A DNA stretch of 64,000 bases from the NCBI GenBank assembly GCA_973895155.1, contig OZ316897.1:10067832-10131831 (forward strand), given 5' to 3'. This document shows positions 39,182-50,626 of the stretch, piece by piece. Numbering within the stretch: position 1 is the first letter of the stretch; each line of letters starts with the position of its first letter. Under the pieces are notes generated by a model. It ran no database searches. It worked only from the letters and a program-made list of their open reading frames with translations, and had not been told where the DNA came from. A program made the translations under genes and the position numbers. The DNA is from Marsupella aquatica (lineage: Eukaryota > Plantae > Marchantiophyta).

Positions 39182-41742
39182 TAGATCCAGCCCATTCTAA
39201 CCAATCAGATTGCAAGGATGAGTTTTTCAATTTACAGGAAAATATTAATCAAAATTCCAATGGAAAATTACTAGAGGGCCTCTCATTTGTATGACACCAA
39301 ACTTTTAAGAGAAGGAATCTTTGTCCAAAATACTCTTCTGGGACACAACAAGTCTCAATACAAAGGGATGGGTGAGGATTAGGTAACTCAAATGATTTTA
39401 AACTGGGTATTGTTTCCTCTGCCACCAGCCTTCTTGAGATCTCAATGCAAAGTTCAAATGTCGGGGCCTGATTTTTGATTTGGGCTCTAGGTTGTCATTT
39501 GGCTATCTGATTTTCCTTGTTTCGTTTTCTTTGAAAAGTTGTACTATGTTCGTTGTTGAACTTTGGTTGATAAGAAGAAACATGCAAAGAACTAAAATGG
39601 GAACTTTGTTGTACAAGGAGGGCAAGAGAAAGACCAAAAATTGACTCAAGGAATGGGTTTCTGATTGGTTGGATTATCCTCTACTTCCTTATTCCTCTTT
39701 GTTTCCACAAGTTGGAGAGGTTTGGGTGCATGAACCCTCCCTTTATCAATTCCTTTCCTTTTTTACATGGAAAATTTTCATCCAGAGTACGTACTATTCT
39801 GCAAGGCACTTACCCACCCACACACACTCCATTCCAGACACCTAGTGTGAGAGCGGGGTTTGAACCTGAGACCTGGTCCGCTCCTTTCAAGGTGGGTACG
39901 TTGTGCTTGTGATCTTAGGTTGGCTTACAAGACATGGGGGCCCATTCTCTTGTTTCGATTCCCTCTAAAAAATAAAAATCTGGACTCTATAATGAGTGGA
40001 ATAGGCTCCAGTTTGCTTTTCAATAACTAGGGGGCCCATTCAGGTATAGTGTCCACCAACTCTACTTGACAAGCAGTGGGCCCAAGTAAGTGTTGGTGAA
40101 AGAGTGTTTATTATTTTGTCTAGAATTTTAGACCAACTCCTGAGGTGGTCCAACATTTTCAAACTTTGGCTCCTTGATTCAAGGGATCTGCATTTATTGA
40201 AGTTCATTTCAAAGATCTTTGGTCCAGAGTCTGTGTTTTAGAAGTGGCCCTCCAATTTGGTTTTGGTGAAAAAAAATGAGAGTGCCCCCACATCTTGTAA
40301 AGCACAAGTGAAAGGGAAATCTAGCAGCACAAGTGGTATGGGTTTCAAGCATGACTTTACAGGATCTCGTTTCCTACTAATAATTTTTTCTTTTGGAAAT
40401 AATGGGCCCAAAGAGGTCTTACCCTACAATCATTGAATTTCTTTCACCACCCCTTTGATCCTTTTGAGGGGGAGGGGGTGTGACTCGGTGCAAAAGTGTC
40501 CATTGTTCATTGATGATTGTTTGAAAAAGGTGAAGTCAGCGCAGGTGGGATCCCAACCTCAAACCTGTCCGAAGATAACGTAGTCAGGACTAAGGCCCAA
40601 CTCGCATGTGAAGGGTCCCAAGAAATGAGACCCTAAACTTCCATAATGTCAGGATATGTATGAACGCGAATTTCATGCAGCATCCCCCTCCAACGCCAGT
40701 CCTCACGCCAATTTTCCCGGGGTCCCAAGGGCAAGGGCCGGAAAGTTTCCGACCCTTGCAGGTTGCGACCTTCCATTCCCTAATAAAACAAAATGATTTA
40801 ACTGACACATGTCAGTCACTGAGGAAAGCAGCATATACAGTGTGTCTCTTCAGTTTCTGGTAGTCACCCTGCAAAGTAGGCCTGCATTCGATCATGCCTG
40901 GGAATGGTAGTGGAGTCACGCACTTCAAAGCTCTCTTTGAAGTGCTCTCTTGGTACTGCTACCGACCTTGCATCTCACAGAGTGATTGCGCCCCAAAGAG
41001 CAATCAAATTTGTTTGCGACAGCATTGAAATCTTTTGCTTCAGTAGTCTGCGATCAGCACGAGGGATCTCGACTCACAAGGCTAGCTACCGACACTGTTT
41101 TCGTCCTTACCAGGTACTTCTTGAATATACATGACAGTCTGAATGCCGATCTACAAATTGCAATTTCTCAAGTGTTGGAAGAACTAGTTCACAACGAGAC
41201 TTCAGTTTAGGCTATCAACTCAGTCACCAATTTCTGGTGCTTGCCAAAACGCCACGGATGACTACGGTCATGACTGTCTGTCTGCTCAGCCACAGACTCC
41301 ATCATCGCTGCCCAATTAAACCTCCATATTCTCAATTTCTGATTACTTCAATCTTTAAGCTCGAGTTCAAAGTCGGGTGTTTCGACCCTTACCATGCACT
41401 CCTTCGCATAACGTTCCGCTTTGTTGCTGGAGCACCTCCATAATGAAGGAGAGTAGAGGCAAATATATGTTTGTGAGCATCGATGATGAGACCGGGATAC
41501 ATTTACTCAAAATTGCTGCATCGATGATGAGACCAGGAGACATTCAGCCGAAATTGCACTGTGAGCAAGGTCGCGAGCTGGCAAGGAGGAAAGAGGACCA
41601 AGAGCTCACTCAGCTGTGGTTCCGTCGCTGTTATCCTAAGGCTTGCTGTCACCGATCTCTTATCGCTCGGGGTCACCCACCTTTACCCTTAGATGCGGGA
41701 GCCGCCAGCTTCTAAGTCGCAAAAATGTGTCGAATATCACTT

Positions 41743-41875
41743 CTAGTCGCAAAAATGTCTGTTGCACTTTCGGAGGCTGCACAATCAGCGATTTCGGAGC
41801 TTGCACAATCATGGCTGAACAAAATTGAATTCCAATGGCTTAGCTAAGAGCAATAGACCCCACAGAGCTATGGAC
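41743..41875 (+). repeat. Internal direct repeat, left copy (133 bp)
   Basis: Aligns to 46081-46215 with 7 substitutions and 2 single-base indels. Confidence 0.95.
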
Positions 41876-42037
41876 TACCGTCCTGAATCTGCCCTCCAGC
41901 TAGATAGGGACCTCCTTGCACAATTTTTGGCCCCCGCTTCTCCCTCTTTGTCTTTTCATTTGTCTATAATGTCTCTGTCCTCCTCGTCCCTTTGATTTAT
42001 TGGGGTTCAGATTCGTTTCAGGGGCAGGGACAACGCA

Positions 42038-42610
42038 ATGGCTTCCGGACATGACTTGGACGACCTTGCAAACGCATATTTGGGGAAGATACAGCAGGCC
42101 AAGGATCACTTCACACACCTGGAGTCGATGTTTGTGGAGCAGCTTTGGCCTGCTGTGCAAGCACAGATGTCAAGCTCCAAAAACCTAGGTCGTGAGGCCC
42201 TCCATCTCAAGCAAGAGAACGACAGGTTGAAAGGAGAATACCGCAAGGTCCGTGGGGAAAACACGGCTTTAGAAACCATGCAATCTGAGGTTGTTCAGAT
42301 TTTGCAAAGGAGAGCATTGAAACACAAGGCAATAGTTGCGGACAATGCATGCGATAAAAACATTGTCATAGGCACACGTGAACCTTTGGTTCCAATTTCC
42401 CCCAACCTTTCAAGGATTGGCACCCATAGCATAGAAGCAAGACAGACAACTATGGTGAAGGGCAAATGTGCACTTCCCTTGGTGTCTACTACACCCGAGA
42501 TGGGCAACCCTACCGGGCCAACAATGCATGGCCAGGATGTTACACCTTTGAGGCCCAGGAAGAAAACATGTGTGGAGAGTGATTCTCTTGGCCTTGGGCC
42601 TTCACCATAG
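42038..42610 (+). CDS. Third ORF of the Harbinger element; 190-aa protein with predicted helical/coiled-coil N-half, unknown function
   Basis: Uninterrupted ORF, ATG in good context (gcaATGG), heptad-like LHLKQENDRLKGEYRKVRGENTALETMQ, basic PRKK near the C-end, AATAAA at 42692-42697. Confidence 0.65.
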   Translation: MASGHDLDDLANAYLGKIQQAKDHFTHLESMFVEQLWPAVQAQMSSSKNLGREALHLKQENDRLKGEYRKVRGENTALETMQSEVVQILQRRALKHKAIVADNACDKNIVIGTREPLVPISPNLSRIGTHSIEARQTTMVKGKCALPLVSTTPEMGNPTGPTMHGQDVTPLRPRKKTCVESDSLGLGPSP

Positions 42611-42858
42611 AAAAAGTACCTTGTGCTTTTTTTTGGACATGCTTTCTAGGAAGTCCAAACTTTTGTAAAGTTTTCTTAAATTGTACAGTTTAATAAAGTT
42701 GTGGTGTGCTAATCAACACTTTCAGACATGTCATGCACATCTTATTTGTATCTTGACTTGAATGAGTTGTATCCATTACAAGAATTGGTTGTGTATTATG
42801 CCTTGTGAAATTCAGGAAGTGTTCCTTGACTTCCATTATTACTTGTGTGAGCATTCAG

Positions 42859-44075
42859 ATGGCAAGCCACAATGTGAGTCACTTTCCAGGCCATAGTGTG
42901 CCTCCACAAGAAGGTGTGCCATTCATTGACTTGGATCTCAACAACATTGACTTGGATCTCAACATCGGTACAGGCTCTACTTGTGCACCAGAACGTCCAC
43001 TGAAGAATAAGTTGCCGGTTTGGACGGACCAGGAGATGAAGGGTTTGATTACAGCAAAACAAAATGAACACCACAATGTTGTTATGGGCGGCTCTACACA
43101 ACAGAAGATGAGCGGCAGCAAGTTGAAATGGAAGGCAGTGGCAGCATTCATGAAGGATGAGGGATTCATTGAACCTATTCGAGATGCAGCATCTTGCAAG
43201 AAGAAGTGGCACATCATCGAGGACAAATTCAAAAAGATTTATGATTATGAGAAGAAAGAGAAGACGGGAGAAATTTCTTACTTTGACATGTCTGACATAG
43301 AGCGACGCCAGAAACGAATGCCCACTAATTTCTCTATTGACCTCTATGCAGAACTCTTGGGATGGTATGCACATGTTCCGCGCATCACCCCACCAAAGAA
43401 GTTTTTGTCAGATATATCCGGGATGAACCAACACCCAGACCAAGATCAATGTGATGTGTCGTCTGCAAGTGAGAAACCTGTTCTATTCATGATCATGAAA
43501 TTTGTTTGTTTCATTTGCATTATGCAAGAACTATGTTTGACTCAATTTTTGCTGAAAATCCTCAGTTTTCATTTGGACTTGACTGAGTTGTATCTTCATT
43601 TCACACTTTTGCTTGGTACATGCAAACACTAAAATATTGTACAGGTGATGATGATGTGGAGGTTGACGAAAACAGGTCTGCACCATCAAGCCAGACACAC
43701 TTCTCAAGGGGAACGCAAGAGAGTTCACAACACAACAACGAGACTACAGGTGGTATGGGGAGGCCATCATCCCCTCAGGACTTCTTTGGCCCACGCAATC
43801 GAGGTGTGAAGCGCAAGGCAGCCAAGTCTGGGAGCGACAAACAGGCATATTTGAAAAGCATGGCCAACAGTTGTGCTGAGATGGCCAAACATGATTTTGA
43901 AGCCCGAGAGCGTGAGTCTAACATCCGAGAGCGTGACACTCAAAGCAGAAAGGAGGAAGTGAATATTTTGGCCACAGCAATTACCGCAGCAGCAAACACG
44001 ACAGCCGAGCAGATGACACATTTCACTGAGGCCTTCATGCAAAAGATTGCAGGTTCTTCACGACCGTCTGAGTAG
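42859..44075 (+). CDS. Harbinger ORF1: Myb/SANT-like (trihelix) DNA-binding protein, 2 exons (42859-43468, 43645-44075), ~346 aa
   Basis: Three spaced tryptophans (WTDQEM ... KWKAVA ... CKKKW) and SYFDMSDIERRQKRMP motif; a phase-1 GT-AG intron at 43469-43644 joins the two track ORFs in frame; basic GVKRKA and helical C-terminus. Confidence 0.88.
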
Positions 44076-44300
44076 AGTATGAAGTACATAGTTTGTGTAC
44101 AGAAGCAAGTAATCTATGGATATGAAGTGCATCAATGCACGTTTAGTTAGACAGTACATGAAAACTTGTACAAACAAATTGTGATAACACTTTGATGCAC
44201 ACTTCACTTTCAAACTTTATTTAAAATATGCCAGAAACATATGTGGATAAGTTTAACTTTATTTGAAATATGCCAAGAACATATGTGAATAGGTTTGTGA

Positions 44301-45665
44301 TCATGGTCTATTATCTCTATGGGCAGCACAACCTGTTCGTTGTTCATGCTCCCACTCTCTCTCTGGCAACAAATGGTCCATCATTGCAATACGATAACTA
44401 CGTCCATTGTTATAATTCAAATGTACAGCAGGGGGACCACCAGGTTCATAGGGAGGGTCTGCATCTAAACCCCAGGCTGGATCATACACATCTCCACAAT
44501 CAATACGGATATTATGAAGCAGACATGCACAAGTAATGTAATGAGCTAGTCGATAAGGATGTGGCCTAAACATTCTACGAGAAACAAATCTCCAACTATT
44601 CTTCAATTGACCAAAAGCACGCTCCACGCACATCCTTGTAGAGCTGAGCATGTAGTTGAATTCGCTCTTTCGGGTATGCTCTCCCACAGCAGGAAAGGGG
44701 TTAAGCAACCAAGGAAAAACCGGATAACCAGCATCACCAATGATGTACTCTCCTGTAGTGAATCCACTTGGAGCCGTAAACACCGGGCCAGAGAGTTTGG
44801 TGTGGTGTCCCACAACATCGTTAAAAAAACCCGACACTCTCAGAAGACAAGAGTCTTGAATGCTGCCAGGCCATCCTGCAAACACATCCAAAAATCGAAG
44901 CCGACTATCACAAACAGCTTGCATGGAAATGCTCTGACCACGCCTATAGTCACGATAATCGATGGAATTTGTCCCAAGAGGTAACTCCACTTGAAAATGA
45001 GTGGCGTCAATTGCACCGCAGCAGTTTGGAAATCCTTGCAATTGTCGAAACTCTTCTTTCACCTGTGCCATGGCCTCTCCTTGTGGCCAACTCAAATGTG
45101 TCCCTCTTGCATGCCTAATTAATGCCTTCACAAATTGCCAAATGACATCAGAAATACATGGAACTGAAACCCCAAACATCTCAGAAAGTGTCAACAGCAA
45201 ACATCCACTGGCAAATCGGCGCAGAGCTATGGCAACTTGTCGCTCAACCGACAAGGTCCTATTGGTCAAATTCCGTAGGCCAGGTGGGGGTTGTGTAGTC
45301 AGATCTCCTCGAAGCAGGTCACAAATGTACACAAATGTTGCAGGTGACACGCGAAAGAAATTTTTGAAGCGAATTGGATCATCTTCGATCACATGCATAA
45401 GGTACCACCCACTCCATTCTCTTGATCTTGGCTCAATATAATTATGAGATAGAAGGCAATGATCTCTGGAAAATGCAAGTTCAATAGTCTGACGTAGTAG
45501 AAACAACTTTGCAAAGAGTGTACTGCCCACTTCACTTGACACTTGCCTGTGTTCCACAAAATAGGTAGCAACAAGACCAAACATGTGCGTTTGTTGCAAG
45601 ATCACTTGCTGGAACATGAAAAATGCTGAACAAATGATTTCCCATTCCTCATTGGAAAGAACCAT
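44301..45665 (-). CDS. PIF/Harbinger DDE transposase (HARBI1-like), 454 aa, intact
   Basis: FRVS..TF..IC HTH region, CCGAIDATH, QAVCD, GWPGSIQD, IGDAGYP, RMCVERAFGQLK..WR, CLLHN; catalytic D, D, E present. Confidence 0.96.
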   Translation of the reverse strand: MVLSNEEWEIICSAFFMFQQVILQQTHMFGLVATYFVEHRQVSSEVGSTLFAKLFLLRQTIELAFSRDHCLLSHNYIEPRSREWSGWYLMHVIEDDPIRFKNFFRVSPATFVYICDLLRGDLTTQPPPGLRNLTNRTLSVERQVAIALRRFASGCLLLTLSEMFGVSVPCISDVIWQFVKALIRHARGTHLSWPQGEAMAQVKEEFRQLQGFPNCCGAIDATHFQVELPLGTNSIDYRDYRRGQSISMQAVCDSRLRFLDVFAGWPGSIQDSCLLRVSGFFNDVVGHHTKLSGPVFTAPSGFTTGEYIIGDAGYPVFPWLLNPFPAVGEHTRKSEFNYMLSSTRMCVERAFGQLKNSWRFVSRRMFRPHPYRLAHYITCACLLHNIRIDCGDVYDPAWGLDADPPYEPGGPPAVHLNYNNGRSYRIAMMDHLLPEREWEHEQRTGCAAHRDNRP

Positions 45666-46080
45666 TTTTCAAAGTGTTGAAAGTGAAAAGTCCTGCAAAA
45701 TACACCAGAGAAAACAAACATGTGAATGAGGAAAAAAATTCAGAACAAGGAAAGACTCACATAAAGAAACAATATCATTTATAATGAGGAAAGACACGGA
45801 AAGAGAGATTTCTGTAGGGACAAAGAATACCGGTCACAATACTTACTAGTTATTAGATATTAATGAAAGTCACATAAACTAATGTGCCATGTATTTCATG
45901 CATGGCACAATGTCTGGAATTGGATACATGTACCTACTGTAGGTTGCAGTTTATTGGAAGACCCTAAGTATGATGATATATCTAAACAAAATGAGTATAT
46001 ATATAAACAAAATGCCTGCCTCCATAACAACGAGCACTACTGCTCTAACCTACGTGTGAAGGTCAAAAGGCATTTGAGAC

Positions 46081-46215
46081 CTAGTCGCAAAAATGTCTGT
46101 TGCACTTTCGAAGCCTGCACAATCAGCAATTTCCGGAGCTTGCACAATCATGGCTTAACGAAAATTGAATTTCAATGGCTTTGCTAAGAGCAATAGACCC
46201 CAGAGAGCTATGGAC
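46081..46215 (+). repeat. Internal direct repeat, right copy (135 bp)
   Basis: Partner of 41743-41875; followed by a local duplication of gaccccagagagctatg. Confidence 0.95.
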
Positions 46216-49200
46216 CCCAGAGAGCTATGGTTGGCATTTCTTCTTCTAACGATGGCAGCACCTATTTCAAGAACGGGTCGTAAATCGTCGGGGAGGTTTT
46301 GCGTTGACCTCATCTCCCTCAGGTCTTCATGTAGCTGCACTACGCCATCAGTGGGTTTAATTGCATGTCAAGACTGGTAGCTCAAACTGCAATGCGGGTG
46401 TTCTGGGTACGAACGCGAGTCCCGAAACAAATTGATGAAGCGCAAACGTCATTACTTCTGATTACAGAACTCTCTGCAACTTGCTGGGGTTGGGAGCGGG
46501 CGGCATAGATTTATCTTTGCTGAAGCCACTCGGGACTGCTGGAGTGCTGGAGAAATGCTACGCACACGGAGAAGAGCTTCCTGGAGGTTATTTCCTCCCC
46601 AAACCGAAATGACAACATCTACAAAGGAACCCTAAACGGGTGAATACGATTCACAGAGGCACATTCGGATTTGCAAAAGCAGAGCGCTGTTTTGGTTGCA
46701 ATTGGTGCAATTGGTGGGAACAAGGGATCGACGTGCTTTCTACTGTGCTACTGCTGTATCTGCTTCCTCGGATCCAGAGCCCATTTCCTCGTGTTGCATC
46801 ACACTGCGACGCTGAATTTGGAAGATTTACGATACCAGCCAATTTTTTAAGGTTGTTCTTTTTGCAAGTGTGGGTAATGTCACCTTGTGTAAAGGACGAG
46901 ATGCCAGGAAGATTCCTTATGTAAATGTTAATGTCGCCGAATTTAATGGTTTGCAAAGTCTATCTCTCTCTCTCTGTATATTACTCTTCCCTTTACGGAG
47001 CAAGGAACTTCAGAGAAAGAAAAAGCCAGAGAATGAATTAATGAATGTGAAACCCCCTGAACAAGTGATTGAATTGCCTTCTGGCAAAGCTTCACAGAAG
47101 ACAGGTAGACACAAATGCGGATGCTCACCGGACTCAAAGCTCACTTTAGATCGAAGCGTGAACTCTCCTTCCTTGTCCAATTGACTCCCTCACGAATCCG
47201 TCACATAGATTGTGAGAAGACGCAGTGCCTTCAGACAGACCAAAGCCGAGCCTCAGCTGAATGAATGAATCAGCCACTCTAGTAAATGAGTGCGTGAACG
47301 CCTTGAGCCAAACCAAATGCTTAAAACTGTGATGACGGTCTGTTCCCCCAGAATTTCGTCTCACCCATTCACCGAAATCTACCGCAAGATTCGACCTCTC
47401 ACACCCAGCCACTCTCACAGGAGAAGAAAGAACCACCGAATATTGGCGAACACGCGAGGACGGTCTTACTCTTCCCTTACGCGAATCCAATAGAAGTTCT
47501 TCTACTGCCTGTGCCAGACCACCGTAGACAGACTGCCTTCTGAGCGAGCCATTGATTTCATTAGAATGAATCGTCTTCGGAATAGAGTGTACATTTTTGA
47601 AAGGCGATGTATCCAGCTATTTGTTCATAAGACTCTTTGACTAACGTTCGACGTTCACAGTCATGGTGCTGTTCTTACCTCTGTGAAATTGAAACGGACA
47701 CAGAAAAACTTCCGATCGAAGTGGAACTTGTCAATCGTGAACTTCCTGATGTCCCCAAGTCGTAGCGCAATTCAGCAAAGCGATGCTGGAGCAGATTAGA
47801 GGTGAGCAACAGCCAATGTGAAAAGTCAGATAAGAACGGCAGCGCACGCAGTTTCGGAGGCAGCATTTTGCAGGGCCTCACACGAACTGGCTGCCGTGGC
47901 CTGTATAATCTGCAGAGGCAAACGACAAGCGCGGACACGTAACGGAATGTGCAGGTTGACACGTAGCAGCTTGGCAGATTTTGTGGGATAGCAGCCCTTG
48001 CTTTGCGCCTGCAGACTCGGGAGTGTTAAGGACGGTCTTCTAACATGCGAGTTGTCTCTAATACCGTCACATTCGGGAGTACATAGATAAAGTTTAGGGC
48101 AGGGATAATACAAAATACAGCTTTAGTGAGAGTAAAGGGACAAAGCGCAGAGGACGTGTTGTAAAATATGGTCTCATACTGGTTTTTGGTGGTTTTTGTT
48201 GGTTCCCCGATATAAGTCAGACAAACTGACAAGACAAAAAAGAGAGGCTTGTTCCAGGATAAACATGCTATGTCAGAGAAGTTATATGTAAATATAAGGG
48301 TGGAAGTAAGATATCTGTGGTGAGGGTAAAGCACGTATAGAATAACCCTCAAAACTAGCTTAAGAGCTGTTGACTCACAAAAACTCAGAGTTGGGTTTTG
48401 CGGAGGGTACCTTTGGATATGCTTTTAGCTGGAAGCATGTGACAATGAGAACATCTCAGTGATATAAGGCATCAGCATCGACTTCCCCATAGCCAAGCTC
48501 CCCCTTCCCTGTGAGCAATGCTCATCACTCATTGCTCACTCTGCACAGTGGACAACTGTGTAGGCAAATTTCTCAAGGACTTATTCATGAACTGCACATC
48601 AAAGGTGCACCTAGGCCCATCGCTCACTGTGCATAAATTTTACATTGCTCAGGAAGTCTCCATTGCAGCTCTCAAAAATTGAACACAGGAGCTCTGGGTG
48701 ACTAAGGGTTATGGCCCTCTTGGAAGCCTTGGGCAATTCGAACAGAACAATGTTTGCCCCCCTATTCGAACAGAAGAATGTTTATTTTGAGTTGGAAGGG
48801 AGGGTAACTCACCTTGAACCCAACTAAAAAAAAATAGACATGTTTCTCTTGAGTTGGAAGGGTAACTCACCTTCAACCCGAGTAAATAATAGTAGACTAC
48901 TCGCCCTGAGTCTACCACTGTACGAAAAACTCTAATTACACAAAATATTTTAAAAATGAGGTGATCATGATATACATCCGATTTATAAAACATTTCGAAA
49001 AACCCGTCCTGTATTAATTACTAGGTATTCTTAAGAGGCTTGTTCATGCAAAGCTAGGCAATACGACGGCATAATTATACAGTAAAACAAAAACTATTAT
49101 GCAAGGAACTCTGCTGCTGAACGGTATAAGCAGCAACCAACATTGGGAGAAGGTCAACTCCTGTCAGTCAGTCACCAAATCTAGATTTCGTCTGAGGCAT

Positions 49201-50626
49201 TGATTAATCCCACTGGTCGTCCCCTTGCCCCCCTCCGCTCCTCACTCCTGACTCCTGATCCGGGGCGAGCATGCAATTCCACAGCAGCTTTCAAAACGTC
49301 GTTTCCTTCTTCCTTCTCTAGTTCTCTGTTCCTCGTCCCCGAACTCCTCTCCGTCTCTTTCTCCGTCTCCCCCTCCGTCCATTCAAGCTCTCGGCTCGTC
49401 TGGTCAGTCCGTCCGTGGGTCCACGACGATTTTATGGTCTACAGTCGAGTAGTCAAGAGGGCGCTTTGATGTCTCGAACTTTACGGCTGCTCTATCGGGC
49501 TCGCTCGTTTTGCGCGTTTATTAGTTTAGTAGTAGTGCTGTGTGCATTGATTGATTCGTTCGACCCGAGTGATTGTTCATTGTTATCTCTCTCGTCGTTC
49601 CTTCACTCCGGCTCATTCGATCAGATGCTCGCAATCCTCGCTGTCGCCCTCGCCATGCTGCATTAATTCTGTGTGGGATATTTATGCATCTTTGCTTCAT
49701 AGGTCCTGCTCGGCTCTCCTTCGATCAATTGCTGATCACTTATGTACTTATTAGTTGGTTCAGTCTCGTGTATGAGCTATCTACTCGAGCTAGCTGTGCA
49801 TTCGTTTCGTGCTTGTGGCGACCGTCCCCGTTTTCATTGTCGGGTGGTGTGGTGATCGTGTGTCGTGCCCACCTCTTTCATTGTCTGCCGCTCCTCATTC
49901 GTTCATTCAGTCTGTGTCTTCTCCGAAGCTGTTGGTGCTCCGCCTCCTCCGATCCCCCCCTCCCTCTCTCTCTCTCTCTCCGTTGTCCATTCGTTTCTTT
50001 CCTTGCGATCTCATCGCATCTCGTGGAGTGCTCTGTCGGCAGAGCCTGGGAGGGAATGCCTCCTGACCAACAAGGGGCGAAGCTTTGCAGCAAATGCACC
50101 GAGAATCGAGAATCGAGATTCAGACGATAAACTGCTGGGACACTTCCCCCGCTTTGTACAATCTGAATTTTTTTTGGATCAAATATTTGGTAACACTTAG
50201 AAGCAAAAGATAGTGTACCGGACTAAGCCCAACATTTGGCGACTATCGTCGTTGCAGCTTTGCAATTGCGGCAGCAGTCGACTCTAACAGTCGACCCTTA
50301 GCATTTTGCCATCAACGATTATGAGAATGGCTGGGGGGAAGTGGCTATAGGCAGTTGTTGCCACTCCTACGAAATTGCAGGAAGGGCGTGTTTTGTTGGA
50401 CATCTTTTCGTTGTGTGATGTGAACCTTGCACTGGGAGCTTCTTCACCTTCCCACCTGTTCGCTGTCTACTTCGCTCTTTTCTCTTGAGTTTAGAGCCGG
50501 GATTGTAGGTGGCGGTGGTTTTAATCAGCTCGGAGGCCTGCCGGGAAGGAACTGGCTGAAGTGGTCCGTGTTGAGGACTTCCAGACCAAGCACTTCCAAT
50601 TGTTGCGACTCGTGCGAATCCAAGAT

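Larger units (their letters stand above)
40594..48058. mobile_element. PIF/Harbinger DNA transposon, full length (~7.5 kb)
   Basis: TAA|ggcccaactcgcatgt (40594-40609) ... acatgcgagttgtctc|TAA (48043-48058): 16-bp TIR with 12 contiguous exact matches and the 3-bp TAA TSD typical of the superfamily, enclosing convergent Myb-like and DDE transposase genes. Confidence 0.85.

Noticed and set aside
42796-45441. Antisense ORFs 42796-43374, 44559-44984 and 45001-45441
   Set aside because: Shadows of the Myb and transposase coding strands.
41743-46215. Direct repeats as LTRs of a retroelement carrying the Harbinger genes
   Set aside because: No TG...CA ends at the homology limits, no PBS/PPT and no flanking 5-bp TSD; outer TIRs with TAA explain the element better.
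41240-47350. Homology between the two Harbinger arms (TVMTVC-like words at ~41265 and ~47328)
   Set aside because: The match is under 20 nt and does not extend convincingly.
46216-48042. Captured host gene fragments in the right arm (ORFs 46651-46956, 47146-47490)
   Set aside because: No recognisable domain or consistent frame; a database search would be needed.
49200-50200. Overlapping ORFs upstream of the CFL1-like gene as protein genes
   Set aside because: Low-complexity S/L/R/C-rich translations from a CT-rich leader-like region.
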